Positions 19,119 to 28,881 of a stretch of DNA of 64,000 nucleotides are shown here, one piece after another. The DNA is from Candidatus Woesearchaeota archaeon (GTDB taxonomy: Archaea > Nanobdellota > Nanobdellia > Woesearchaeales > 21-14-0-10-32-9): NCBI GenBank assembly GCA_020854775.1, contig JAHKLZ010000005.1, positions 49,797 through 113,796 on the forward strand, given 5' to 3'. Made by a program: the position numbers and the translations under genes. The notes beneath the pieces were generated by a model. It made no database searches. It was not told the DNA's origin and worked only from the letters and a program-made list of their open reading frames with translations. Position 1 is the stretch's first letter. Each line of letters opens with the position of its first letter.

Positions 19119-21320
19119 TTAGTTAGGAGCGTTGATTGCACTAACTGAAGTTCCAGACACGATAACTTCAACTTCTTTGTTTCCAGCGAACTTAGCTTTG
19201 TTAGCTTCAAAGTCAGCTAGAGCAAGTGAAGCTGCTCTTGTGTCTTTACCTTCGTAACCAGCTACTAAGATAGCGTTCTTATCTTCGAACAACTTAATCA
19301 TAGCTTTATTAGGTTCGAACATATCTGCGATTTCTTCGCTGAATTGTTGTACGCCTAATAGGTTAGCTGCTACTGTGTTAGCGTTTGGTCCACCAACTAC
19401 TAGCATTGGTACGTTACCAATCATGTTCATAACTTCTCTGTCTAATACTCCAACGTCAGCTGGTGGTATTGCAACGATTTGGTATGCGCCGTCTGTACTT
19501 GAAACATGTGTTTGTGTGTCTCTTGTTTTTACTACAACTACTGCTTCAGCTGCTTCATGAGGTATACTCATTGTTAGTCTGTTTCTGTCTAGTTGGTATT
19601 CTGGATTATCGATTGTTACACCATATCCTAGCATTAAACCATAGTCTAATCTACCTAGTTGTGTGTTAGGACCATATATTAAATCAGTTCCTTGTGCTTC
19701 GCTTAGTTTGTCTCCGAATGTTCGGAAACCACAAATAGCTTCTTCAGTCGTGCCATTTACATTTACTACGAAACTACCCACTGTACAATTACCATTTATT
19801 GCAGCACCTGTGTATCCAGCTCCATGAGTAAGATTTACAAACAGAGATTCACTACCAAATTCAAACACTAGTCCTTCTGTATCTACACTAACATTTAATC
19901 CTTGGTTTCTCTTCATGTTTATCAAGAAACTGTCAACAGGTGTATCATCCATAAGGATTAAATCTGTACCATCGTCGTAACCCCATAAGAGTTCATCATT
20001 GTCTTGATCAATAGCATAGACATATAGTTCATTGGTTTTAACAGTTCCAATTTCGAATACATCACTGCTTGTGTCTGCTGTTAATCTCATAACATACAAG
20101 TTAGGAGTTGCTACTGTATCATTACTATTCAATACGAAACTTGTTCTTACGAAGTCGATGTTCAAATCAGTTCTTGCGTTGTCAACATATCCTGAGAATT
20201 CTACTGCTACGAATCCTCCTGGTAGTTTCCATTCTTCGCCCATTCCTAATGCAGGCCTGGTTGTTGCACTGTCTGATAATGGATCTTCTCTTAGTTTGTT
20301 GTTAACAATCCCAACAGAATTCAAATAGTTATCTGTGAATGATGTAGTCCATAACCATTCTGCTTCTGACATTCTGTCTGATTCTCCTAGTAGCTCTGCT
20401 GGTTGTCCATCTTCGATTTCAGATGTGATATCTTCGCCAAGTTTCAATACTACGCCGTTGCTTGCATGTCCTGCTTCAACGAACATTAGCTGATCTACTT
20501 TAACTGTGAACCAGTTAGCATTTCTGAATGAGTATTCGTCATTCAAGCTAATAAATCTTGATTCACCGTTTACTATTACTCTAACAGTGTCTTGTGCGAT
20601 TACATCAACTTTTACAGTTACACCATCAACAGTTACTTCGTCTCCTTGGTTGAAGTATTCTTCAACTGAAGATTCTACTGTGAAAGCACCAGTATCATTG
20701 TTGTATTCAGTCACTATGAATTCTCTTCCTAGGAATTCGAATCTTAGTTCTTTGTTTCCTGATCCAAAATCAGAATCATTAACATTTATTTTGCTTGATT
20801 CAAATTCTACTCTGTATTCTATAGCGTCTTCCTTAACAACTAAGTAAGGATTTAATCCGAAGTCTTCATTCAAATCTTTAATTGATGTTTTTACCTTCAT
20901 TTCTTTTTCTGCTAACTCAACTACTTCTTTTACTTTAACGTTGCCACTTCCCCATCTGATTGTTCTATCGTACAATCCTGAAAGGTCTGACTGGTCCAAT
21001 GGTTCAGCTACTTCTGGGAAAGGTGTGTTTAGACCGTATTCGTCATACCAACCACCTTCTACGGTGATTACTCCGCCGCCTACGCTTACAGGTACTTTAG
21101 AATAAGTTTGTAAGCTTGCACCTAGAGCTGCTGCTCCAGCGATGTCTTCAGCTGCTGCTACTGCGCCCACAACTACTTTACCGTTCCATGCGCCGTTCTC
21201 GATTAATGGTGCTGGGTAGTTTCCTAAATCAGCCGCCATTGCTCCCATTACAGTTGCACCAAGCATTGTTGCTCCTGTAAGAACAGCGGTTATTTTTTTT
21301 ACTGTTTTCTTTATGTTCAT
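19119..21320 (-). CDS. S-layer (surface-layer) protein precursor
   Basis: Signal peptide, then a methanogen-type S-layer N-terminal motif (NGKVVVGAVAAAEDIAGAAALGASLQ) and a C-terminal block (ILVAGYEGKDTRAASLALADF). Strong GGAGGTG ribosome-binding site, a ~440-bp leader, and an A/T-tract terminator downstream. Confidence 0.7.
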   Translation of the reverse strand: MNIKKTVKKITAVLTGATMLGATVMGAMAADLGNYPAPLIENGAWNGKVVVGAVAAAEDIAGAAALGASLQTYSKVPVSVGGGVITVEGGWYDEYGLNTPFPEVAEPLDQSDLSGLYDRTIRWGSGNVKVKEVVELAEKEMKVKTSIKDLNEDFGLNPYLVVKEDAIEYRVEFESSKINVNDSDFGSGNKELRFEFLGREFIVTEYNNDTGAFTVESSVEEYFNQGDEVTVDGVTVKVDVIAQDTVRVIVNGESRFISLNDEYSFRNANWFTVKVDQLMFVEAGHASNGVVLKLGEDITSEIEDGQPAELLGESDRMSEAEWLWTTSFTDNYLNSVGIVNNKLREDPLSDSATTRPALGMGEEWKLPGGFVAVEFSGYVDNARTDLNIDFVRTSFVLNSNDTVATPNLYVMRLTADTSSDVFEIGTVKTNELYVYAIDQDNDELLWGYDDGTDLILMDDTPVDSFLINMKRNQGLNVSVDTEGLVFEFGSESLFVNLTHGAGYTGAAINGNCTVGSFVVNVNGTTEEAICGFRTFGDKLSEAQGTDLIYGPNTQLGRLDYGLMLGYGVTIDNPEYQLDRNRLTMSIPHEAAEAVVVVKTRDTQTHVSSTDGAYQIVAIPPADVGVLDREVMNMIGNVPMLVVGGPNANTVAANLLGVQQFSEEIADMFEPNKAMIKLFEDKNAILVAGYEGKDTRAASLALADFEANKAKFAGNKEVEVIVSGTSVSAINAPN

Positions 21321-21780
21321 TTAAACACCTCCGTGTTAAAACATTAACTTTCGTTTTTTGTTTTCAACCGGTATTCTTTTTTTATTTTTTTTTCGCTCAT
21401 TGTCACCGACGATTTTCTTTTGTCACCCGTGGTTTGCGCTAACCAACAATTGCTTACTGGTTAATTTAAGCCCACGAGCACCAACTTACTCTAGTCGATA
21501 ATTCGCTGAACGTACAACTCTAGTATCTTATTTTCTTTATAAAGTTTTCGTACAAATAAGGTTTTTTAGAAACAAAAAATCCGTATTACGCCTTAATTCC
21601 TAAGAATTCCTAAGAATTAAGCTATTATCACTCTCTAGTTACACTCAGCATTTCAGGGTTTTTTCTTTGTGTTCTCGTCTTTGCTTCGTCGAGGCTTTTT
21701 TTAGTGGTTCCTATTAATATATAAGAGCTTGTTTTTTTTGTTTTTTTTACGCAGAATTATTTCATCGATAGGTGTTAAAA

Positions 21781-22260
21781 TTATTCTTTTTTTATTTCTT
21801 TTTTGAGTTTATGTCTTAATTCATTAATTTTTTTTTCGTTTAATTTAATAAGAATAGATTTACATTTCACTAAGAACTCCGGTGATTTTTGAATCATCTT
21901 ATTGTATTGTTCGTCTGGAACAGTTCTGTCTACGTAGTACTGAGAATCAACTCTCGCTTTTAAAGAATCTTCAATAAATCCTAATTCATCTTCTTCAAAG
22001 TACTCTTTTAAGAATCTTTTTGCGAATTCGATAGTGCATGAATGAATTTCACATTTCACACCTAATTTCATCAGAACAGCATATAATGAAAAATAAATCG
22101 TGTAATACGCCGTGGATATTCTCCAATCTTTAATTATGTTTAGCCTCATCGATTCGAGTGCTTCTTCTGATTTTTTAATGTAAGCTTTTGCCAAATCAGA
22201 ATTTGGATCGATTAAGTTCAACCCTTCTTTTTTTTCAATACACCACTTTATTTTATTCAT
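21781..22260 (-). CDS. HEPN domain protein (partner of the upstream nucleotidyltransferase)
   Basis: Helical HEPN-like fold (PF05168-type). Overlaps the minimal nucleotidyltransferase gene by 8 nt, as in HEPN/MNT toxin-antitoxin pairs. Confidence 0.55.
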   Translation of the reverse strand: MNKIKWCIEKKEGLNLIDPNSDLAKAYIKKSEEALESMRLNIIKDWRISTAYYTIYFSLYAVLMKLGVKCEIHSCTIEFAKRFLKEYFEEDELGFIEDSLKARVDSQYYVDRTVPDEQYNKMIQKSPEFLVKCKSILIKLNEKKINELRHKLKKEIKKE

Positions 22261-22906
22261 CTTTAAAAACCACTTCTATAAATTGTTCTGCATTTAAAAA
22301 AACCACGTGGTTTTTTAAAACTTCTTTTATGAGAACGTCTTTCATCATATTTTTCTCAAAATTATTTAAAGGATAACACTTAACACTTATTTCTAAACCT
22401 AAATTCTTTGAAACTTTTTTTATTTCTTCATTATTATGACTTCCTACAATAAAGATATCCAAATCAGAACCTTTTTTTTCTAATCCTTTAACGTAACTTC
22501 CAAAAATTATACCTATTCCTTTAATATGAGGCGTTATTTTTTCTATTATTTCTTTAATTAAAAGTTTTTTTTCTAAAAAAGCAATTAATTTATATTGTTC
22601 TACAAAAACAAGATATCTCTTAGTGAATTCACTCACATTTAATTTAAATATCTTAATTTTACCTTTTGTTTTTGATTCCACAATTCCTTTTTCTTCTAAA
22701 TCTTCAAGGACGAGTTGCGCCGTTCTCGGACTAATTTTTAACAATTTTCCAACTTCTCTAACATAATACTCTCTTTTAAAATCATTAGTGAATAAAGCTA
22801 ATACTCTCAAAGTATTCTCCGTGAATCTTAATTTTTCATACATACGTATACTTAATAATACAACCATTATATAAATTTTTTTATTATTTTCATAATTTAT
22901 CATCAT
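22253..22906 (-). CDS. winged-HTH fused minimal nucleotidyltransferase (MNT)
   Basis: N-terminal wHTH (LKISPRTAQLVLEDLEEKGIV) plus the nucleotidyltransferase motif GSYVKGLEKKGSDLDIFIVG. The real start may be MYEKLRF at 22843. Confidence 0.6.
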   Translation of the reverse strand: MMINYENNKKIYIMVVLLSIRMYEKLRFTENTLRVLALFTNDFKREYYVREVGKLLKISPRTAQLVLEDLEEKGIVESKTKGKIKIFKLNVSEFTKRYLVFVEQYKLIAFLEKKLLIKEIIEKITPHIKGIGIIFGSYVKGLEKKGSDLDIFIVGSHNNEEIKKVSKNLGLEISVKCYPLNNFEKNMMKDVLIKEVLKNHVVFLNAEQFIEVVFKDE

Positions 22907-23005
22907 ACTTTTTTTAGTCGCGCACTCAATGTTTTTCTGTTTTTTATCCTCAATTTGTTTTCCAAAAAATTTTTAAAACAATCATTATACCTTTTAGATT
23001 TGTGT

Positions 23006-23078
23006 GGGCCCATGGTCTAGCGGCTATGATATCTCCCTTACACGGAGAGGATCCCCGGTTCGAGTCCGGGTGGGCCCA
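23006..23078 (+). tRNA. tRNA-Val (anticodon UAC)
   Basis: 73 nt. Acceptor GGGCCCA/UGGGCCC, anticodon loop CUUACAC, T-loop UUCGAGU, discriminator A. Confidence 0.85.
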
Positions 23079-23145
23079 TATATCTTTTTTTGTTATTTCT
23101 TTTTTTTGAGGGATTGCAAAAAATTGGTTAAGGGGTGTTTTTTGG

Positions 23146-23414
23146 TGGCAAGGCTTACTAGGCGTGAAGAAACTTCTCCTCGAGCTATCAAGGTCGGTGG
23201 AGAAACTAAGTGGATTTGTATGTGTGGTTTAACTAAGAATGAACCATTCTGTGATAACTCTCACGAATTCTGTACTGGGGAAGATGAAGATTCTTTGTAT
23301 GAATACACTGAGACTGGTGAAAGAATTCTTATCAGTAAGAAAGAAGATGTTAAGATTAGTAACGAAGGTGATCTTCTTAAAAAATTAGAAGATAAAACCA
23401 AGAAAGATAATTAA
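23146..23414 (+). CDS. CDGSH-type iron-sulfur domain protein
   Basis: Motif CMCGLTKNEPFCDNSH fits CxCxxSxxxPFCDGSH. The listed ORF (23004..) overlaps tRNA-Val, so the start was moved to the GTG at 23146. Confidence 0.5.
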
Positions 23415-23626
23415 TTCTTTTTAATCTTTTTCTTAGTTTTTTTCTTCTCAGAAAAAAAGTGTATGTATATTATTGGTAGTATTCCTGCTGTGTTTAGCAC
23501 TAGTAAACAAATAAACCATGTTAGTTCTTCGTTTCTCGCGGATTTCCAGAGAGCGATTCCTTTCCAGATTAGCTCCCACACTGCCAACAATAGCACTATT
23601 ACGTAAAATGTTTGTGTTTCAATCAT
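23411..23626 (-). CDS. small integral membrane protein (2 TM)
   Basis: 71 aa with two hydrophobic helices and a Lys-rich tail. Overlaps the end of the CDGSH gene by 4 nt. Confidence 0.35.
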   Translation of the reverse strand: MIETQTFYVIVLLLAVWELIWKGIALWKSARNEELTWFICLLVLNTAGILPIIYIHFFSEKKKTKKKIKKN

Positions 23627-23752
23627 TCATAACTAATTTTTTTTAGTAGTTAATAAATGTTTTTAAAATAAAGACAAAAAAAGAAAGAAAGGTTATCAAT
23701 TAATCTACGCGGTAAACATAACCTATCGGGTATGTTGTACTAATTATAAGCC

Positions 23753-24844
23753 TTATAAATTATATAAATGTTTCTGTTTTTCTTTCGGAGATTTTGCAAC
23801 CATTAGATTTAAATCAAAAAGTTTTAATTTCTTCCCTAATACTATGTAATTATTTATTAAAGATTTGCCTTCTTCATTTATAAATACGCCATAATCCCCT
23901 ACTTTAAAATTGTCAGAGTCTTTATTTTTATTAAACATTTTAACTACTGCACAATTTGATGATGCTAAATCTATAAGATTTCTATAAGCAGGAGATCTTT
24001 TCATAATTCCTGAGTTGAGTAATTCATCACCTTTAAAAACCCAGTAGACAGGGTGTCTCGCGTAAGAAATTGTATTAATTGATTTTTTTTCTAAAGGAGT
24101 TATAAATGGAAGATGTTTATTTGAAATAGGATAAACAAGTACTTTTTCTTTGAATTCCGGCATCAACGGCCTGATATTTTCAAATATTAAAAATTTTTTT
24201 TCTTTTTCTAAACGCATATCTAATAAACTTAATAATAAATCCGCTGTTGATATGACTGGATTACAACAATCGCCTGAAGGATATGTTAAAAAATTAAATC
24301 CTAATTTTTTTAATCTTTCATAGCCCTCAAAATTACGTCCTTCAAAAAAGTCTAAATGAAAATTAACTGTTTCTGAAGAAAGATAATCGCTTAATCTCCA
24401 CGCGCAAACAATCGGAAAACAATGAGTTAAATGTTTATTTAACAATTCTTCATAATTCATTGTTGGTTTATTTAATTTAATTTTTTTATCTTTTGAAAGT
24501 CTACCATATACTTTTATTTCAGGCACTCTTTTTTTTGAAAAAAGAGTGTAAAACACATGAATCTTTTCTATATGTTTAACTATTTGTTTAGAAAATTCAT
24601 CAAGTATTTCAAAAGCATTTTCAAAATCTTTAATATCATTATAACAATAATATTGATAATCAGGAATTTTATTAACTTTTTTAAAAGCTTTATTCAAAGC
24701 TATTTTGTATGCTTCATCAAATTTAAAAAAATCATCTACTTTTACAGCCACTCCCAATACTGAGTCAAAATATCCTGGTTCACCATTATTTTTAATAACT
24801 TGTCTTTTAAATAATCTTGAATCGATACCGATTATACTTACCAT
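23753..24844 (-). CDS. hypothetical protein (363 aa)
   Basis: No confident homology. The N-terminus IIGIDSR is reminiscent of the first motif of RNase H-like or RuvC-like nucleases. Lies between two tRNA genes. Confidence 0.4.
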   Translation of the reverse strand: MVSIIGIDSRLFKRQVIKNNGEPGYFDSVLGVAVKVDDFFKFDEAYKIALNKAFKKVNKIPDYQYYCYNDIKDFENAFEILDEFSKQIVKHIEKIHVFYTLFSKKRVPEIKVYGRLSKDKKIKLNKPTMNYEELLNKHLTHCFPIVCAWRLSDYLSSETVNFHLDFFEGRNFEGYERLKKLGFNFLTYPSGDCCNPVISTADLLLSLLDMRLEKEKKFLIFENIRPLMPEFKEKVLVYPISNKHLPFITPLEKKSINTISYARHPVYWVFKGDELLNSGIMKRSPAYRNLIDLASSNCAVVKMFNKNKDSDNFKVGDYGVFINEEGKSLINNYIVLGKKLKLFDLNLMVAKSPKEKQKHLYNL

Positions 24845-24935
24845 TTTATTTCCTTCTTTATAAATTAATAAGTTTTTAATTAATAAATTTTATTGAAAAT
24901 TATCCACATGTTTTTCGAGAAAATTGTTTTTTTTA

Positions 24936-25009
24936 TGAGCCCGCGAGGATTTGAACCCCGGTTTACCGGTCCGAAGCCGGTCGTACTATCCAGACTATAC
25001 TACGAGCCC
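24936..25009 (-). tRNA. tRNA-Arg (anticodon UCG)
   Basis: 74 nt. Anticodon arm ACCGG-CUUCGGA-CCGGU, T-loop UUCAAAU, discriminator A. Confidence 0.8.
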
Positions 25010-25101
25010 TTGTTCTTGTTGTTACGTTGTTTTTTTTAATAAAAGTTTCTAAAATATTAGAAAAAAATTAAAAAAAAAATTAAAAAAAATGAGTTGAAGA
25101 A

Positions 25102-25383
25102 TTATATTTTTGATAAGATTATTTCGATTGTGGATACTCTTACTTCTCTGTCTTCTTGGTTCTTGAATTCTTCTGAGCTTATCCTTATGTCTTTCACAGT
25201 TATTTTGTCTTTTAAGAATCTGTTTTGTGCTACTTCTGCGACGTCGACTGCTCTAGCAATGAATTTTCCTCGTGCTTTAATAGTTACTTCTTCTGCGCCT
25301 TTAGTCGTGAATTGCACGACTACGCTTGTTACGTAATTCATAAATGGTTTTTGTCCTATGTATATGGAGTGTTCGTCTTCCAT
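25102..25383 (-). CDS. albA: chromatin protein Alba
   Basis: Strong match to Alba (IYIGQKPFMNYV..IKARGKFIARAVDVAEV..VSTIEI). Confidence 0.85.
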   Translation of the reverse strand: MEDEHSIYIGQKPFMNYVTSVVVQFTTKGAEEVTIKARGKFIARAVDVAEVAQNRFLKDKITVKDIRISSEEFKNQEDREVRVSTIEIILSKI

Positions 25384-25395
25384 AGTTATCACCTT

Positions 25396-25590
25396 TTAGT
25401 TCTTTGTTTCTCTTTTTTTCAACCTAGTTGCGTATCCAGCTATTACGTTTCTTAATTTTTTAGACTTCACGTCTAGTGCGTCTGACGTTGCTTTTTTGTT
25501 GGTTGAAAAGTCCGTTGTGAATGTTTCTCCTCTTTCTGAGAACACGCTCTCGGTCGCTGCTTTTAATCTTCTTGGTTTTATTCTCCCCAT
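25396..25590 (-). CDS. rps17e: 30S ribosomal protein S17e
   Basis: eS17 hallmark (MGRIKPRRLK..FTTDFSTNKK..LRNVIAGYATRL). Confidence 0.8.
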   Translation of the reverse strand: MGRIKPRRLKAATESVFSERGETFTTDFSTNKKATSDALDVKSKKLRNVIAGYATRLKKRETKN

Positions 25591-25676
25591 ATTTGTATGC
25601 CTCTTCTCAACGTGAAACATTGTTTTGTTTATAAAATTTTTGCAAAAAAACTTTTTTTTAGGGATTATTCTTTTTT

Positions 25677-27542
25677 TTAGAATAGGTTTGAGAAGAATCT
25701 CTCTATTCCGCGAATCATTCTTCTTAAGAAATTAGTTTCTTTTTCTTGGTCTTTTATTTCTCTTTCTATTTTTTCTTTTTCTTCTTCTATTATTTCTTGT
25801 TCTTCTTCTAGTATTTCTTGTTCTTCTTCTTCGTGTTCGTCTTCGTATATTTGTCCGTCTACTTTTAATCTTGATGTTTGTTGTACTTCGTAGTCTAAGT
25901 CAGGGATTCTCGCCGTCGTCGTTATTATTAGTTCGTTTCTTGTTGGTCTTTCTGGCATTTTTATTTTGTATAAGTATGCTTGTTCGTTTTGTTTTCCTAG
26001 CATATTAGTTGTTTTTGATGTTTGTCCAGCTATCATTGTTACTTTTTGGGAGAACGTATCTTTTATTTCTACGTTTCTTAATTGGTTGTCTGCTAAGTTT
26101 TGAATTGTTGTTTCTATTATTATTTCTTCTTCTGCTTTAGTTGTTGATCTCGGCGTTAGTTTATGACTTATTTTTAGTAATGGTCCTTTTCCTATTACTT
26201 TTAGTGAATCTGTTAGTATCACTGTTTCTTTTTGTCCTGCTTCGTTAGAGAAAGTAATTGTTGCTTTTACTTCGTATGTTTTATCTTCTTCTAGTTGCGG
26301 AGGAATAATTTTTTGGTTTAGTAAAGTTATTATGCTTCCTGGCGCGATGTTACTCAGTGTTTCTGTTCCGTTATACAGTGCTGATTCTATTTTTGCTTCT
26401 ATGTTTCTGAATGATAATGATGCGTGCTCGTTTTTTAGTATTATTTGTAAGTCTGATTCCGAGTTTAGTGATATTTCTTTTCTTGTGAATTGTAGTGATG
26501 TTGCTAATCCATCATTTAGTACTTCTATTTTTTCTTCGAAGTTTTCTTCGTATTCATAGTTGTGACTTAGTTGCGTTACTAAATTAAATGTGTATGATCC
26601 CGCGAAGAAAGGTCTGTATCTAACTGAGAATACGCGTTCCGTTCTTGCAGGTATTACTACGTTAGTCGCGGAGTGTACTCCGAATCCTGTTCTTGTTAGT
26701 CTTTGCATTGGTACGTATTGAAAATTCACAGGTCCTGTTAATATTAATTCTTTTATTTCTAAGTCGTTGGACATGTGTATGTTCTTTACTAGTATCTCAA
26801 AAGTTTTTAGTTCCCTGATGTACATGTCTTTTGGATTAGTAATTTTTATTTCGTAAGGTAGTAATCCTTTCACTGTGAAGCTTCCTTTCCTGATGGATAC
26901 TCCTTCCTTGGTTAAGTCATAGTCTACTCTTTTGTTTCCTTCTGTTTTTATTTCGTAATTGAAAACGTATTCTTTTTCTTCGTTCGGTGATAATGATACT
27001 GGTATTGTTAATTTGTTTCCTAAGTAAACAAAGTTCTTTCTGTTAGTTATGTTTATTCCTTCTGGAATCGTGATTTCTAGTTGTGCTCCGCTTAGATGAA
27101 TGGTTGCGGTGTTCTTAATTGTTATTTTTGCTTCTTGTTCATAATTAGTGAATTTGCTTCCTGTCTCTGATGATTTTATCGTGGCTGAATGTCCTGATGC
27201 CGCGTCTGCTTGCGTTATTTTTATGTGTATTCCCGGCATCAATTGTCCTTTATCGTCTATGTTTGGTTTTTTTTCGAAGCTGTAATTTTGATAGCAAAAA
27301 GTGTATGATTCGTGGTCTCTGCAACTTCCTAAGCTTATTAAGTTTCTGTACTCATTTTGTCTGAATAAAACGTTTTTGTAGTCTTGGCTTAGTTTTACTT
27401 CGTAAATGTCACTTCCTATAATGAATGTTTCGTAGTGTTCGAACCAGTCTTCTTTTATTGTTTTTTGTGCTGATGCTAAGCTCATGCTTAATATTATTAA
27501 AGAAATTATTAATAGTATTGTTCCTCTTTTTTTGTTAATCAT
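25677..27542 (-). CDS. secreted or cell-surface protein with a poly-Glu C-terminal tail
   Basis: Signal peptide (ILLIISLIILSMSLASA), beta-rich repeats, and a C-terminal EEEQEILEEEQEIIEEEKEK stretch. No TM anchor. Confidence 0.45.
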   Translation of the reverse strand: MINKKRGTILLIISLIILSMSLASAQKTIKEDWFEHYETFIIGSDIYEVKLSQDYKNVLFRQNEYRNLISLGSCRDHESYTFCYQNYSFEKKPNIDDKGQLMPGIHIKITQADAASGHSATIKSSETGSKFTNYEQEAKITIKNTATIHLSGAQLEITIPEGINITNRKNFVYLGNKLTIPVSLSPNEEKEYVFNYEIKTEGNKRVDYDLTKEGVSIRKGSFTVKGLLPYEIKITNPKDMYIRELKTFEILVKNIHMSNDLEIKELILTGPVNFQYVPMQRLTRTGFGVHSATNVVIPARTERVFSVRYRPFFAGSYTFNLVTQLSHNYEYEENFEEKIEVLNDGLATSLQFTRKEISLNSESDLQIILKNEHASLSFRNIEAKIESALYNGTETLSNIAPGSIITLLNQKIIPPQLEEDKTYEVKATITFSNEAGQKETVILTDSLKVIGKGPLLKISHKLTPRSTTKAEEEIIIETTIQNLADNQLRNVEIKDTFSQKVTMIAGQTSKTTNMLGKQNEQAYLYKIKMPERPTRNELIITTTARIPDLDYEVQQTSRLKVDGQIYEDEHEEEEQEILEEEQEIIEEEKEKIEREIKDQEKETNFLRRMIRGIERFFSNLF

Positions 27543-27578
27543 GTTTTTTTATTTGTTTTTGTTTTTATTTAAATCTTT

Positions 27579-28760
27579 TCATGTTGCTAAGTATATATTG
27601 TGTTTATCTCTTAGTATTTTTATGCTTACTACTCCGTTAATTTTCTTAGGGTTTATCACTGTTATTGTTCTTTCTTGCGCGGTCGCGTAGTACTCGTTTT
27701 TGTTTCTCGCATTAGTTATTATTGTTGCTTTGATTATTTGTCCTTTTTTGAATGGCTTAGGAAGTGTTTCGTCGTAATCTATTTGAAAATCTGTTTCTTT
27801 TAGCATTAATGGAATTTTTAGTTCTTGTTCTTTTTTTCTTAGGTAATCGTAGAAAGTGTTCCATTCTGCTTGTTGCGTTATGTTTCTTCCTTGTTTGTAG
27901 TTCAAATAATTTTGTACTCCTAGGATCGGCGAGTTTTTGTTTTTTATGTTTTTCGCGAATAAGAATAATTCTTCTAAGTCTTCGTTGTGACTTGGTATGT
28001 ATAACGGGGTGAGCATGATGTCTATTTTTCCTTCGCAGTACTTTATGATTCTTTTTATTTTTTCCACGTCGTAATAAGCGTTTGCTAGCTTTGTTGCTTG
28101 TTCAGTGCTTAATGAATGTAATGAAAGATTTATTCTTGTGAGTCCTGCTTCTTTTAATTTATCTATTAATTCTTCATTTAGTAATGTTCCGTTAGTGTTT
28201 ATGGATACTGTTTCTACGTTGTTTATTTTTTTTATTTCTCTTACTAGTTCTATTATTCTTGGGTACAATAAAGGTTCTCCTTGTGGTCCTATGTTTGCTT
28301 CTATTGGTTTCTTTTTTATGCTTGCTAATCTTTTGAACTCTTGTATTAAATAGTTTAGTTCTACTACTAAGTCTTTTTTGTTGTTTATTCCTTCGCTTAT
28401 TGAGCAAAAAACGCAGTTTAAGTTACACCCTGTTACTGGTTTTACTTCTATTATGTTTGTTCCTCTGTCTATTAATCCGAATTCGTTGCTTCCTATTAGT
28501 GGCAGTCCTAGTTCTTCGTTTATTAGTAATGTTTCTTTGTTTCTTAATTTGTTTCTTAATTTTTTTAGTCCTTGATTTATTATTATGCTTAGTTTTTTTT
28601 CTGCTTTCTTTTCGTTGTTCACGTACAAGTTCTTGGTTTTTATTTCGTATTCGAATCCTAGTTCTTCTTCTACGTCAAAGTAATAATTATCGTAATACCA
28701 TATTCTTATTCCCGTATTGGTTTCTTGAAACGTTATGTCTTCGAATTTTATTTCTATCAT
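27579..28760 (-). CDS. radical SAM enzyme with an N-terminal extension and a TRAM/OB-like C-terminus
   Basis: CxxxCxxC (GCNLNCVFC) plus GQGEPLL-type motifs. Lies 36 bp upstream of the secreted-protein gene on the same strand. Confidence 0.65.
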   Translation of the reverse strand: MIEIKFEDITFQETNTGIRIWYYDNYYFDVEEELGFEYEIKTKNLYVNNEKKAEKKLSIIINQGLKKLRNKLRNKETLLINEELGLPLIGSNEFGLIDRGTNIIEVKPVTGCNLNCVFCSISEGINNKKDLVVELNYLIQEFKRLASIKKKPIEANIGPQGEPLLYPRIIELVREIKKINNVETVSINTNGTLLNEELIDKLKEAGLTRINLSLHSLSTEQATKLANAYYDVEKIKRIIKYCEGKIDIMLTPLYIPSHNEDLEELFLFAKNIKNKNSPILGVQNYLNYKQGRNITQQAEWNTFYDYLRKKEQELKIPLMLKETDFQIDYDETLPKPFKKGQIIKATIITNARNKNEYYATAQERTITVINPKKINGVVSIKILRDKHNIYLAT

Positions 28761-28881
28761 TTTTATTAGGATTTTTGTGTTGTTTATATTTTTTTACGAT
28801 TATTAATTAATCTTTAAGCTAATTAAGCGCAGTAAATTAACATATTGCATATATTGATTATACTGAATATACTGAATATGA

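Noticed and set aside
21340-21780. A 440-bp non-coding stretch upstream of the S-layer gene, examined for an ncRNA such as SRP RNA or RNase P RNA.
   Set aside because: No conserved SRP or RNase P motifs were recognisable by eye. It is best explained as the long 5' leader and promoter typical of S-layer genes, and contains only a short TAAGAATTCC x2 tandem.
23004-23414. The listed 136-aa ORF starting at ATG 23004.
   Set aside because: Its first 75 nt are the tRNA-Val gene (MGPWSSGYDISLTRRGSPVRVRVGP is the tRNA read as protein). The CDGSH domain starts far downstream, so the gene was trimmed to 23146.
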